The notes under the pieces: model-generated
Told to the model about the DNA's origin: nothing
Databases searched by the model: none
What the model saw: the letters and a program-made list of their open reading frames with translations, nothing else
Translations under genes and position numbers: made by a program
From: Nitrospirota bacterium
Lineage (GTDB): Bacteria > Nitrospirota > UBA9217
Length of the DNA stretch: 64,000 nucleotides
Direction of reading: 5' to 3'
NCBI GenBank assembly: GCA_963751455.1
Contig: CAVVUN010000002.1
Coordinates: forward strand, 224,001 to 288,000
Shown: positions 21,356 to 30,518 of the stretch, one piece after another
How positions within the stretch are numbered: the stretch's first letter is position 1
Layout: the number at the start of each line of letters is the position of its first letter

Positions 21356-24300
21356 CTAACGGTTTTTTACCCGGGCCTGGACGGTTGATTGCCTGCCGTC
21401 CCGTACGAATGTAATTGAAATTCTCTGGCCGGGTTTTAACTTTTTCAGAATGTCCGAAAAATCATTCAAGCCGGTAACCGGCAGGGAGTTTACTTGAATA
21501 ATCACGTCGCCGCTTTTCAATCCCGCCGTTTCGGCGGGCGATCCTTCGACTACATCTGAAAGCCTGAAGCCTTCCCCCCTGAAGGAAAAGTCCGGAATTG
21601 TCCCAAAACTCACTTTCCTTTCCGTTTTGGAGGCAGTTTGCCCGGCCTTGCCCGCTTTCAGGGTCGATGAAAGAGGTCTATCGCGGCCGGCAAGATACTC
21701 GACAACCTCTTTCGCTACAGCTGCAACTTTTGCCAATCCCTCGGCGTCAATCTTTTCCGCGGTATCGGTGGGACGATGATAGTCGAGATGGGCGCCCGAG
21801 AACAGCTGAACAGCGGGGACGCCTGCTTCCTGGAAGCTCTTCTGATCGCTCGTATCGAGTTCTTCGGAGACCATCTCGACTTCGACACCGGTCGCAAATC
21901 CTGCGCCGCGAAAAATATGGACCCATTCTTTGGCCGACCCTCCGCCGAACACCAGCAGTTTCTTTTTCCCGAGCCTGCCCACGGTATCGAGGTTCACCAT
22001 GCCGATGCATTTCGAGACGGGATATTTCTTCTCAGTGGCGACGTAATAACGCGACCCAAGCTTCCCTTCTTCTTCTCCGGTGAAAGCCGCAAATACGACG
22101 CTCCGGTCCGGTTCATGGTTTTCCTTCATGACTTTTGCCAGTTCCAGAAGCACGGCCGCTCCGCTTGCATTGTCGTCAGCTCCAGGATGGACAATGCCTT
22201 TGTCCTCTTTCCTTCCGATCGTTTCACCGAGCCCCAAATGGTCGAAATGGGCGCCGACCACGACGCTCTGTTGCTCAAGTTCCGGCTTCCTGCCGGGGAT
22301 GAAGCCTATTACGTTCTTCATCGTTATCTTTCGCGCGGAGTCGGTCCACGTCTGGTAATAGCTTCCGTTCTCTCCCCCGGCAACGAGGCCCGCTTCCTTG
22401 AACTCCGCCGCGATGTATTCGGCCGCTTTATCGATTTCAGGAGTGCCTATCTTCCTGCCCTTCAGCGCATCGCTCGAAAGGTACTTCACGGTTTCCATCA
22501 TTCGCTCTTCTGAATAGACCCGGGGAAGAGAAATCAATGCTTTCCGCGGAGAAAGTTTTCCCATTTCTACGCGGGGAGTGTTCGGGTCGTTTTTCTGAAA
22601 AAAGGCCGTCAAGGGAGAATCGACAACGGGCCAGCGGCCTTTTGCAACATTCGACGGCTCATCGCCTTCAAATGCAAGGTAGCTGTACTTATGGTAGTGC
22701 GGCAGCTTTCTGCCGAGGCCCGGAACGGATCGGGCATGATCCGCGCCGATGAACATAAGACCCATGTCCTTGCTTCGTGGATTTCGTGCCGTTAAGACGA
22801 CGTCGTGGTTTTCCCGAGGTATTTCGTTTTTCCCGATCTTGACGTTTTTTCCGGTAAAGCCTACTTCGTAGCCGCTCCACGCCGGCAACGCCTCCTGCAG
22901 CAGGCTGTTTTCCCAGCCGAGGATCGCGACTGCCCGGTCTGCGGGCAGATTCTTTACTTCGTTGTCGAATTTCACCTCGGTTTCATCCGGGCCCGATTCG
23001 GCAAGTATTTCGGCCAGCGCTTTATACGCGCTGAGCAGCTCTTTATCCGCAGAGGCAGGCAGAACGATCAGCATTTTATTTGCTCCCAGCGCCTGACTGA
23101 TTGCCGGAGGAATTTCATCCTTGTCGAGCCTGCGGAAAATGTCGAATTCAGGATCGATATCGATGCGCAGAGGGCGAGATGGAACAGTCAGAACCGCTTC
23201 CTGCTCTTTTTCATTCATGGATATAATTGTCTGAAACGCTTTTTCGTGCCCTTCCATGGTGACCGCAACAGGGATGTTCAGCTTGTAGGCTTTTCCGGGC
23301 TGGGTTTGCTGCAGACGCGCAGTTATCGTGTACGATCCCTGCTGCTTTCCATCGTCCTTCGTCCCACGTCCCTCGTTTCTTGACACGACGTCTTCGAGCC
23401 TGAGCTCCGGCGCGCCTGCCCTGGTCACCCACTGCTCGAATTCAATTTTGAGATTTTTCCCTGACGCTGACTCGAAACTTTTCTCCAACTCGTCGAACCC
23501 GGCTAAACGAAATGTGTAGGTCCGGTAGAAGTCACGGACAGCGGCAATGAAGGCTTCATCTCCCAGCTCGAGACGCAGCATATGAAAGAACATGAGGGCC
23601 TTGCCGTAGCCGACTGCTTCAGTGGAGGCGCTGTGGCGCGACGTGAACTCTGTGAGCGGGAAGTCGCGCGAACTGAAAACATAGTCGGCGTATTTCTGAA
23701 GCGTGGTCAACCGGTATTCGGCGCCCGCGCCCTGCTGCTCCTTGAGCAGGTGGTCGGCAAGATATGCAGTCAGCCCCTCGGACCAGTTGCCTTTGCCGTA
23801 AACCGGGTAAACACCGTTGCCCCACCAGGTATGCAGTATCTCATGCGGATAGGAAGTATTGATGATGAACGGAAGCCGAAGGACCGTGGATCCGAGCAGC
23901 GTGAATGAAGGCATGCCAAACCCGGTCTCCCAGAAGTTCTCGACCAGGGCGAATTTTTCATAGGGATAGGGTCCTATCAGCTTATCGTACATTCCGACAT
24001 ACCGTATGGTTGCCTCCAGGTACTTTTCGGCAAGCGCTTTATCCGGTTTACGAAGAAACACCATGGCAATAAAATCGCCGGACCGCTTTTCGTACGCGCT
24101 GAACCGCGATGCAACCAGGTAAATCTCCTCCTGGGGCTGCGGAGAAATCCAGCGAATTTTGGTAAAATCTTTTGTCTTCTCATATACGGTTCGGCTTCCC
24201 TGGCTCACTGCATCCCACCCGGCCGGCAGGTCGACGTTCAGCGTGAACGTGACGAGCTCGGTTTCGAAGACCGGATACCAGGCAGAGCTGCCGGCAAGGT

Positions 24301-24745
24301 AAACACCTTCGTCGGCAATGCTGCCCGCAGTATGGTCGAATCCGCGCGCCTGGTTTTTGCCGGAGCTTTCCAGAGGATGATAAATGTCCCCTTGATAGCG
24401 GATTGTTACGGTATTCTTGCCTGCGGGCGCCTTGAGAGTAAAGGCTTCGCCGGGAATACCGCCTGCCTGCGGTCCCTCTTTCGAAATTTGAACACCCGGA
24501 TCAGTCGAAGAAGGGTTCAAACCGGTGTGAAGAAGGAACCGCAACTGCTTCATATTGCCGGGAAGTGTGACCGTGTCCGTTACAGCCAGACGGTGAGATG
24601 CGGGGTCGAGCGATACTTTCAATTCGTGATGCAGAAGGTTCGCGCCGGCAGCGGGAAGGGGAAATATGATAGCGCCGGCCGCACACAAAAAGATCAGTTG
24701 AAGAAAATTGAACCAGTTCCTTCTATCCTTGGTACAAATTTTCAT
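21356..24745 (-). CDS. exported M1 aminopeptidase + M28 peptidase + PDZ fusion
   Basis: HEILH...WSEGL (M1), AHFDHLG, GADDNASG, FTGEEEG (M28), GTIPDF...GSPA (PDZ). Confidence 0.9.
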   Translation of the reverse strand: MKICTKDRRNWFNFLQLIFLCAAGAIIFPLPAAGANLLHHELKVSLDPASHRLAVTDTVTLPGNMKQLRFLLHTGLNPSSTDPGVQISKEGPQAGGIPGEAFTLKAPAGKNTVTIRYQGDIYHPLESSGKNQARGFDHTAGSIADEGVYLAGSSAWYPVFETELVTFTLNVDLPAGWDAVSQGSRTVYEKTKDFTKIRWISPQPQEEIYLVASRFSAYEKRSGDFIAMVFLRKPDKALAEKYLEATIRYVGMYDKLIGPYPYEKFALVENFWETGFGMPSFTLLGSTVLRLPFIINTSYPHEILHTWWGNGVYPVYGKGNWSEGLTAYLADHLLKEQQGAGAEYRLTTLQKYADYVFSSRDFPLTEFTSRHSASTEAVGYGKALMFFHMLRLELGDEAFIAAVRDFYRTYTFRLAGFDELEKSFESASGKNLKIEFEQWVTRAGAPELRLEDVVSRNEGRGTKDDGKQQGSYTITARLQQTQPGKAYKLNIPVAVTMEGHEKAFQTIISMNEKEQEAVLTVPSRPLRIDIDPEFDIFRRLDKDEIPPAISQALGANKMLIVLPASADKELLSAYKALAEILAESGPDETEVKFDNEVKNLPADRAVAILGWENSLLQEALPAWSGYEVGFTGKNVKIGKNEIPRENHDVVLTARNPRSKDMGLMFIGADHARSVPGLGRKLPHYHKYSYLAFEGDEPSNVAKGRWPVVDSPLTAFFQKNDPNTPRVEMGKLSPRKALISLPRVYSEERMMETVKYLSSDALKGRKIGTPEIDKAAEYIAAEFKEAGLVAGGENGSYYQTWTDSARKITMKNVIGFIPGRKPELEQQSVVVGAHFDHLGLGETIGRKEDKGIVHPGADDNASGAAVLLELAKVMKENHEPDRSVVFAAFTGEEEGKLGSRYYVATEKKYPVSKCIGMVNLDTVGRLGKKKLLVFGGGSAKEWVHIFRGAGFATGVEVEMVSEELDTSDQKSFQEAGVPAVQLFSGAHLDYHRPTDTAEKIDAEGLAKVAAVAKEVVEYLAGRDRPLSSTLKAGKAGQTASKTERKVSFGTIPDFSFRGEGFRLSDVVEGSPAETAGLKSGDVIIQVNSLPVTGLNDFSDILKKLKPGQRISITFVRDGRQSTVQARVKNR

Positions 24746-24782
24746 ATATTCCTTCCCGTCGAGCTCGAAATAGAAAACCTTT

Positions 24783-24972
24783 TGTAACTATTCAGCTTCT
24801 TTTCAGAATGGCACTATGACAAATCTGAGAAAAAGCCTTCTATCCGCAGATTTCGTACCCTGCTGTTGCCAAAGCGCGGGCACAAGCAGATGGACGCAGA
24901 TTTTAAAACAAGGATTCTGATTTTGTTTTGTCTGCGAAATCTGCGGATAAAAAATGACCTGAGTAGTTACAA
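24783..24972. mobile_element. MITE-like element, outer IR TGTAACTATTCAG/CTGAGTAGTTACA enclosing GCAGAT/ATCTGC palindrome
   Basis: Nested inverted repeats visible in sequence. Confidence 0.6.
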
Positions 24973-25067
24973 CCTTTTTTTATTATATCGTTGAAACGAT
25001 CCCATATCAATCACCTTTCGTGTTATCGTACACCTGCTAAATTGGCGGGAAATACGGGAAATAGTAA

Positions 25068-25096
25068 TTGACACTTCGTGCGCGCTCCACTATCAT
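25068..25096 (+). promoter_or_regulatory. sigma70 promoter upstream of WYL gene
   Basis: TTGACA-17nt-TATCAT. Confidence 0.6.
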
Positions 25097-25125
25097 CAAT
25101 CCAAAATTGATCCACACTGAACTAT

Positions 25126-25258
25126 GATGCATTCGTAAGAAGTCAGAAAACACCCAATTTCGTCATACCGGCGAACGCCGGTATCCAGTCTTTTCAATAA
25201 GTTCGATAACCACTGGACCCCGGTTTTCACCGGGGAGACGACTTTTTACGAGATCATC
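25126..25258. mobile_element. 133-bp MITE-like nested palindrome, copy 1 of 3
   Basis: Near-identical inverted copies at 57697-57828 and 59471-59603; flanked by AACTAT direct repeat. Confidence 0.9.
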
Positions 25259-25264
25259 AACTAT

Positions 25265-25396
25265 GAAGAAAGCGCAAGAAGTCAAGATTTGCCACAGAGC
25301 ACACAGAGAGCACAGAGGTAAGGCTTTAAAAAACTAAAGATTTTCTCTGAGTCCTCTGTGACCTCTGTGGCTAAAAAAGACTTTTACGAATCTATC
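25265..25396. mobile_element. MITE-like element with related outer IR but CACAGAG/CTCTGTG core
   Basis: GCAAGAAGTC...GACTTTTACGAATCTATC ends, AACTAT on both sides. Confidence 0.75.
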
Positions 25397-25476
25397 AACT
25401 ATACTTCTCGATCACTCATCCCGGGATTCCCTTTCTTAATACGTCACGCTGGACAGAACCGATTAAAGGAGTCATC

Positions 25477-26532
25477 ATGGACCTCTTCGATCGTATCTAC
25501 AGTCTGGACCATATACTTCGTCAAACGCGCTATCCGGTCACACTCAAAGTCTTGCAGGAAAAGCTGGAATGCTCCCGCGCCACCGTTAACCGTCTTATTC
25601 ATAATATGCGGCTTTTTCTCGGCGCTCCTATTCTCTACGACCGGGAGGCTGAAGGATATTGTTACTCGAACAACGGTGAACATCCTTACGAACTTCCCGG
25701 GTTGTGGTTCAACGCGTCCGAGCTGCACGCAATGCTTGCGGCCCAGCGTTTTTTTGAGGCGGTGCAGCCCGGCTTGCTTGAAAGCCATATATCGCCGTTA
25801 AAGGACCGTATCAGGCAGATACTGCAATCAAGACATGGGGGCGGGGGCGAGATAACACGCCGCGTCAGAATTCTCGGCATGAGCTGCCGGACCGCCGACC
25901 CCGAGCATTTCAAGATTGCTGCAGGCGCCGTGCTTCAGCGAAAACAGCTCGGTATCGTGTATCACGGACGAACCAGTAACAAAATCAATGACCGCACCAT
26001 CTCTCCGCAGCGCCTCGTCCATTATCGCGACAATTGGTATCTTGACGGTTGGGACCACGGAAAACGCGCTCTTCGGACTTTCTCAATCGACCGCATCAGA
26101 AAGGTCCGCATGCTCGATAGAAAAGCAAAGGACATTCCGGATACCAGGCTCGACGCTCATTTTGCCTCCGCCTACGGTATTTTCGCCGGGAAGCCTGGCA
26201 AGAAGGCCGTCCTGCGCTTCTCGCCGGAACGCAGCCGATGGGTGGCTGATGAAACATGGCATCCGCGGCAAAAGGGCCGCTTTGAGGGAGAACATTACAT
26301 TCTCGAAGTGCCCTACGCCGATTCACGGGAGCTGGTCATGGACATCCTGAAGCACGGACCGGAGGTCGAAGTCCTGAGCCCCGCGTCTCTGCGGGCAGAA
26401 GTGATCAGTTCCCTGAACAAGGCACTGCTTAGGCAGCAACAGGTGCGGATGAAAGCGAAAAAACGAAGGCTTCCGTGGATAAGATCATGTGCCAAACCTC
26501 GGGCCGGATCGTTATGTAACGCCCCTCGCTAG
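25477..26532 (+). CDS. WYL-domain transcriptional regulator (wHTH-WYL-WCX)
   Basis: LECSRATVNR HTH, RTISPQRLVHYRDNWYL, RTFSIDRI, WHPRQ, ILKHGPEVEVLSP. Confidence 0.93.
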   Translation: MDLFDRIYSLDHILRQTRYPVTLKVLQEKLECSRATVNRLIHNMRLFLGAPILYDREAEGYCYSNNGEHPYELPGLWFNASELHAMLAAQRFFEAVQPGLLESHISPLKDRIRQILQSRHGGGGEITRRVRILGMSCRTADPEHFKIAAGAVLQRKQLGIVYHGRTSNKINDRTISPQRLVHYRDNWYLDGWDHGKRALRTFSIDRIRKVRMLDRKAKDIPDTRLDAHFASAYGIFAGKPGKKAVLRFSPERSRWVADETWHPRQKGRFEGEHYILEVPYADSRELVMDILKHGPEVEVLSPASLRAEVISSLNKALLRQQQVRMKAKKRRLPWIRSCAKPRAGSLCNAPR

Positions 26533-26543
26533 ACGGAGACTGA

Positions 26544-27181
26544 ATGGCCTATATATTCATGATGAGTCGGGGGACCTTGGATTTGATTTCACGAAGCGAG
26601 GCACAACGAAATATTTTCTGATAACGTTCTTGTTCATAGAAAATAAGAGACCCGTAGAAAAATGCATACGGAAAGTCCGGGCCGGCCTGCGCAATAAACT
26701 GACCGGAGTGGGAAGGGTTTTGCATGCCTATCACGAAAAGCCGGTCACACGATTACGATTGCTGCGGTGCATAGTCGAAAAAGACGCATCGATAATAGTC
26801 ATCGCTCTCAATAAACGGAAAGTTTATACGAAATTACAAGAAGAGAAAGCGGTACTGTATAACTACGTCACGAATATCCTGTTGGACAGGATTTTCACTA
26901 AAAAACTTATTCCGTTTGAAAGTGACGTATATCTCATCGCTTCCAAGCGAGAGACCAACAAATTTCTAAATGAAAACTTTCGCGACTATTTGCAAAGGCA
27001 GGCGATAAACAACCACGGCGTTGAACTGACGGTGAATATAAAAACACCATCGGAAGAAAAAGCGCTGCAGGCCGTTGATTTTGTGAGTTGGGCCATCTTC
27101 AGGAAGTATGAACACGGGGACGATGATTACTACAAGGTCATAAAAAGGACGATCGTGGAGGAGAACCCGTTATTTCCCTAA
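26544..27181 (+). CDS. DUF3800-like protein (predicted RNase H-like acidic triad); apparent 1-nt frameshift near 26560 or alternative start
   Basis: DESGDLG at N-terminus, LQAVDFVSWA near C-terminus; GGAG RBS + ATG GCC TAT ATA TTC out of frame with DESG. Confidence 0.8.
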
Positions 27182-27251
27182 AAACGACAAAGCCTCATTC
27201 GCTATTTACGAGGCGCCATTCCGGTACCCCACGAACGAGGACTTACTTGTC
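27181..27251 (-). ncRNA. candidate ~70-nt structured RNA convergent with DUF3800-like gene
   Basis: GACAAG/TTTGTC closing stem, CCTCGTTCG/CGAATGAGG stem, inner GGGGTACC/GGCGCCTC stem, 3' U-run. Confidence 0.65.
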
Positions 27252-27257
27252 ATTATT

Positions 27258-27286
27258 ATGATACTGATTATAGGCAGGGTTGTCAA
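27258..27286 (-). promoter_or_regulatory. sigma70 promoter for candidate ncRNA
   Basis: Minus strand TTGACA-17nt-TATCAT, 6 nt before GACAAG. Confidence 0.7.
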
Positions 27287-27359
27287 GGCTGAAAAAGCGT
27301 AAAAAGGCTCTGAGCGCGCTTGAAGGAGGACGTGGCTAAGCAACAGAAAAAATAATAGC

Positions 27360-27393
27360 AGGCTCATGTTCTGAGACTGGCAATATATATAAT
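27360..27393 (+). promoter_or_regulatory. palindromic site AGGCTCA-N5-TGAGACT plus TATAAT; putative WYL-controlled promoter of exo-cas operon
   Basis: Near-perfect palindrome in place of a -35, about 10 nt before TATAAT. Confidence 0.55.
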
Positions 27394-27429
27394 CGGCAAG
27401 CTAAAGCAGCGGAAGGGGGAGGCAGCTTC

Positions 27430-27942
27430 TTGTCGGATCGTTACATCGTAATTGATGTTGAGACAACAGGCTTGTCGCCGCAACGAGGGGGACGGGTTAT
27501 AGAAATCGGCGCTGTTGCGGTGGACGGCGGTAAAATCGTAGATGATTACCATTCGTTAATCGATTCGGGAAAGCGAATAACATTACAGGCTCAACAAGTC
27601 CATGGCATCACGAACGAAATGCTAGCAGGCCAGCCGAAGCCGGACCAAGTGTTTCCTGAGTTTCACCGGTTCATCGGGGACGGATCACTTGTGGCCCATA
27701 ATGCAAGTTTCGATATGACGTTCCTGCGGTACGAGTTCGGCCGTCTCGGCCTGGGCTTTAGCAATTCCTATCACTGCACACTCGCGATGTGCAGAAGGCT
27801 TTTTCCGGGTCTGAGAGACCACAAGCTGCAAACGGTTTATTGCCACTTATTCGGCGCGCCACCTGAGGGCGCGAGGCCCCACCGGGCGTTGGACGACGCG
27901 AGGATGACAGCGAGGGTGTGGATGGAGATGAGGAAATTATGA
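27430..27942 (+). CDS. DEDDh 3'-5' exonuclease (DnaQ-like)
   Basis: VIDVETTG, VAHNASFD, HRALDDA; GGAGG RBS, TTG start. Confidence 0.92.
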   Translation: MSDRYIVIDVETTGLSPQRGGRVIEIGAVAVDGGKIVDDYHSLIDSGKRITLQAQQVHGITNEMLAGQPKPDQVFPEFHRFIGDGSLVAHNASFDMTFLRYEFGRLGLGFSNSYHCTLAMCRRLFPGLRDHKLQTVYCHLFGAPPEGARPHRALDDARMTARVWMEMRKL

Positions 27943-30518
27943 TTCACTTTTGGGCCAAGACAACTCCAGACGAGAAGCCGGGTCTTTCCGTTTACGACCA
28001 CATGGTGAATGTGGGTTATGTTGCACGTTGTATCGCCGAGATTTCACCAGAGCTTCTTGATCGGTTTCAGTTACAAGCAGCAGGCATCGGCAGCCTTGCC
28101 GCCCTCCATGACCTTGGAAAGATATCTCCGGGATTTCAGCGGAAGTGTGAACTTTGGCTTAAAGAAAACAATTTATCGGATACGGATAGTAGATATCGCT
28201 GGAACGTAATGGAAGCAGATCATGGAAAGATTTCTCAGGCGGCAATCCAAGATTTCCTCTTGAGTAAAGGCATATCGAGAGATTCGGCTTCCTATCTGGC
28301 GGCAGTCCTCGGTGCACATCATGGCCGGATAAAATGCCTCCCTAATCCACGCGGCATCAGACCGCCGTTGATAAAGCAAATCACGGAAAACAGCAGCGGC
28401 ATTGATTGGAATAATGAACGCCAAAAGTATGCAGAACAACTTTGGAACAAACTCAACGGCGAAAGCTCAGTTGATAGCATCACCGATGAATCTCCTTCCA
28501 TCTGGTGGCTAGCCGGTCTCACTTCTGTCGCCGATTGGATCGGGTCTGATGAGCGGTATTTCCCTCCAGAGCGAAGAACGGTGGATGTTGATGTCGCCTC
28601 ACTCGCCAAAAACGCGCTTAAATCTATTGGATTTCGGAAGACTGAATTCATCGACAAACTGTCTTTTCACGATTTATTCCATGATGCTAAGCAGCCCGAC
28701 ATTCGCTGGGTTCCGAACGAGATGCAGGATAAAGCACTCGCGATTATCGGCGGTCCCGGAGTGTATGTCATCGAAGCGCCGATGGGTATGGGCAAGACGG
28801 AAGCGGCGCTATGGGCCGCCTATAGCTTGCTCGTTTCAGGAAAGGCAACGGGCATCTATTTTGCTCTTCCCACTCAGGCAACGAGCAACCGGATGCACTT
28901 GCGGATGAAAGAGTTTGTACAGCGCATCTCCCGCACTTCCAATGAAACTCGCCTGATTCATGGTAATTCCTGGCTGATGGATCAAGAACCCGTTCTATCA
29001 CCAGACGCTACGAACCGTGATTCCGCTCGTGAGGATGCGAGGGCCGGCCGGGATTGGTTCGCTTCGGCAAAGCGCGCGCTGATCGCGCCATTTGGCGTCG
29101 GCACTATTGACCAGGCCTTGCTTGGTGTTGTGGCGGCAAAACATTTCTTCGTCCGACATTTCGCGCTCGCCGGGAAGGTCGTGATTCTTGATGAGGTGCA
29201 TTCTTATGACCTATACACGGGGACGCTGATCGACAGACTTATTATGACGCTTGAAGCGCTGGGCTGCACGGTAATTGTCCTGTCCGCCACCCTTTCAGGA
29301 AAACGACTTGGGCAGATTACCGAGGTTCCTGGAAGTGCCGCGGATAATGCTCAACTGCCTTATCCTCTTATTACCGGGCGACATGAAGGAACTGTTATTG
29401 AACCGGCAGCAGCAATACCGCCGGAGTCAAAAACCGTCAAAGTCGATTTCATCGCTGCGGAAAAAGCCGCTGAAGAGGCTATTGTGCTTGCGCGAAAAGG
29501 CGGAGCGGTTCTCTGGATTTGCAATACTATTACAGCGGCGCAGAACCAATACCGACGCTTCAAGGAGCAGACCCGTGAAGAATTCCCCATCGGTCTTTTA
29601 CATGCACGTTTCCCGTACTGGCAACGTGAAATCATCGAAAACGAGTGGATGGAGCGTTTTGGTAAAGACGGGACGACAAGATGCGGATCGATTCTTGTTT
29701 CCACTCAGGTCGTTGAGCAAAGCGTTGATCTTGACGCCGATCTTATGATTACAGAACTGGCGCCGACCGACATGCTTCTACAGCGCCTTGGGCGGCTCTG
29801 GCGACACGAACGGGGACCACGCTCGGCTAATACAGCACGTCTTTGCATTATTGAAGAAGAAAGTAGTCTTGCCGAGTTCCGAAATATGGAACCGAAGGCT
29901 ATCATGGCCGCTCTTGGTGGAAAAGGGCATGTATATGACCCGTTTGTTCTTTTGAGAACTCTTCAACTGTGGGCAAATTACCCGACGGTCGCTGTTCCTG
30001 AGCAGATACGCGAGTTGATCGAGGCGACATATAGTACCCGTGATGATAATCCGAAATCATGGGAGAAATTATTTGATGATCGATTTGTGCGGGATTCCAA
30101 TGAGCGGTTCAAGGCGGCTATGAACAGCAACTACTGGCAAGTCCAACTGCCTGATGAAGAGGGGGTTCAAACCCGCCTTAATGATGTGCCGACCGTTTCG
30201 CTGGTGCTTTGTCGAAGCATCAACGAGAAGAAGGCGACGTTTATCGACAATGCATCCGAACAACTCGGGGGTGATAAGTTCCGGCTCCCAACGGCTCAAG
30301 CAATTCACAGGAACCTCGTAAGAGTCCCGGATTATTGTTTCGAACGTGTTGAGCCGTGTCCCGCTTTTGACGACTACCTTTTCGGCGCTCAAAGCGTCGG
30401 AATTGTTGAGGACGATAATATCATTAAAGTAAAGGGGTTGAAAGAAGGTATCCGTTTTCACTATTCCAAGGATTTAGGACTTGTCATCGAAAAAGAAGAA
30501 GGAAAGGAGGAAGCATGA
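27939..30518 (+). CDS. cas3: CRISPR helicase/nuclease Cas3
   Basis: WAK, LHDLGK, VADWIGS, APMGMGKT, DEVH, LSAT, QRLGRLWRH. Confidence 0.97.
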   Translation: MIHFWAKTTPDEKPGLSVYDHMVNVGYVARCIAEISPELLDRFQLQAAGIGSLAALHDLGKISPGFQRKCELWLKENNLSDTDSRYRWNVMEADHGKISQAAIQDFLLSKGISRDSASYLAAVLGAHHGRIKCLPNPRGIRPPLIKQITENSSGIDWNNERQKYAEQLWNKLNGESSVDSITDESPSIWWLAGLTSVADWIGSDERYFPPERRTVDVDVASLAKNALKSIGFRKTEFIDKLSFHDLFHDAKQPDIRWVPNEMQDKALAIIGGPGVYVIEAPMGMGKTEAALWAAYSLLVSGKATGIYFALPTQATSNRMHLRMKEFVQRISRTSNETRLIHGNSWLMDQEPVLSPDATNRDSAREDARAGRDWFASAKRALIAPFGVGTIDQALLGVVAAKHFFVRHFALAGKVVILDEVHSYDLYTGTLIDRLIMTLEALGCTVIVLSATLSGKRLGQITEVPGSAADNAQLPYPLITGRHEGTVIEPAAAIPPESKTVKVDFIAAEKAAEEAIVLARKGGAVLWICNTITAAQNQYRRFKEQTREEFPIGLLHARFPYWQREIIENEWMERFGKDGTTRCGSILVSTQVVEQSVDLDADLMITELAPTDMLLQRLGRLWRHERGPRSANTARLCIIEEESSLAEFRNMEPKAIMAALGGKGHVYDPFVLLRTLQLWANYPTVAVPEQIRELIEATYSTRDDNPKSWEKLFDDRFVRDSNERFKAAMNSNYWQVQLPDEEGVQTRLNDVPTVSLVLCRSINEKKATFIDNASEQLGGDKFRLPTAQAIHRNLVRVPDYCFERVEPCPAFDDYLFGAQSVGIVEDDNIIKVKGLKEGIRFHYSKDLGLVIEKEEGKEEA

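Noticed and set aside
27181-27430. CRISPR mini-array or crRNA-like regulator upstream of cas3
   Set aside because: No recognisable degenerate GTTCCCC...GGGGATGAACCG repeat.
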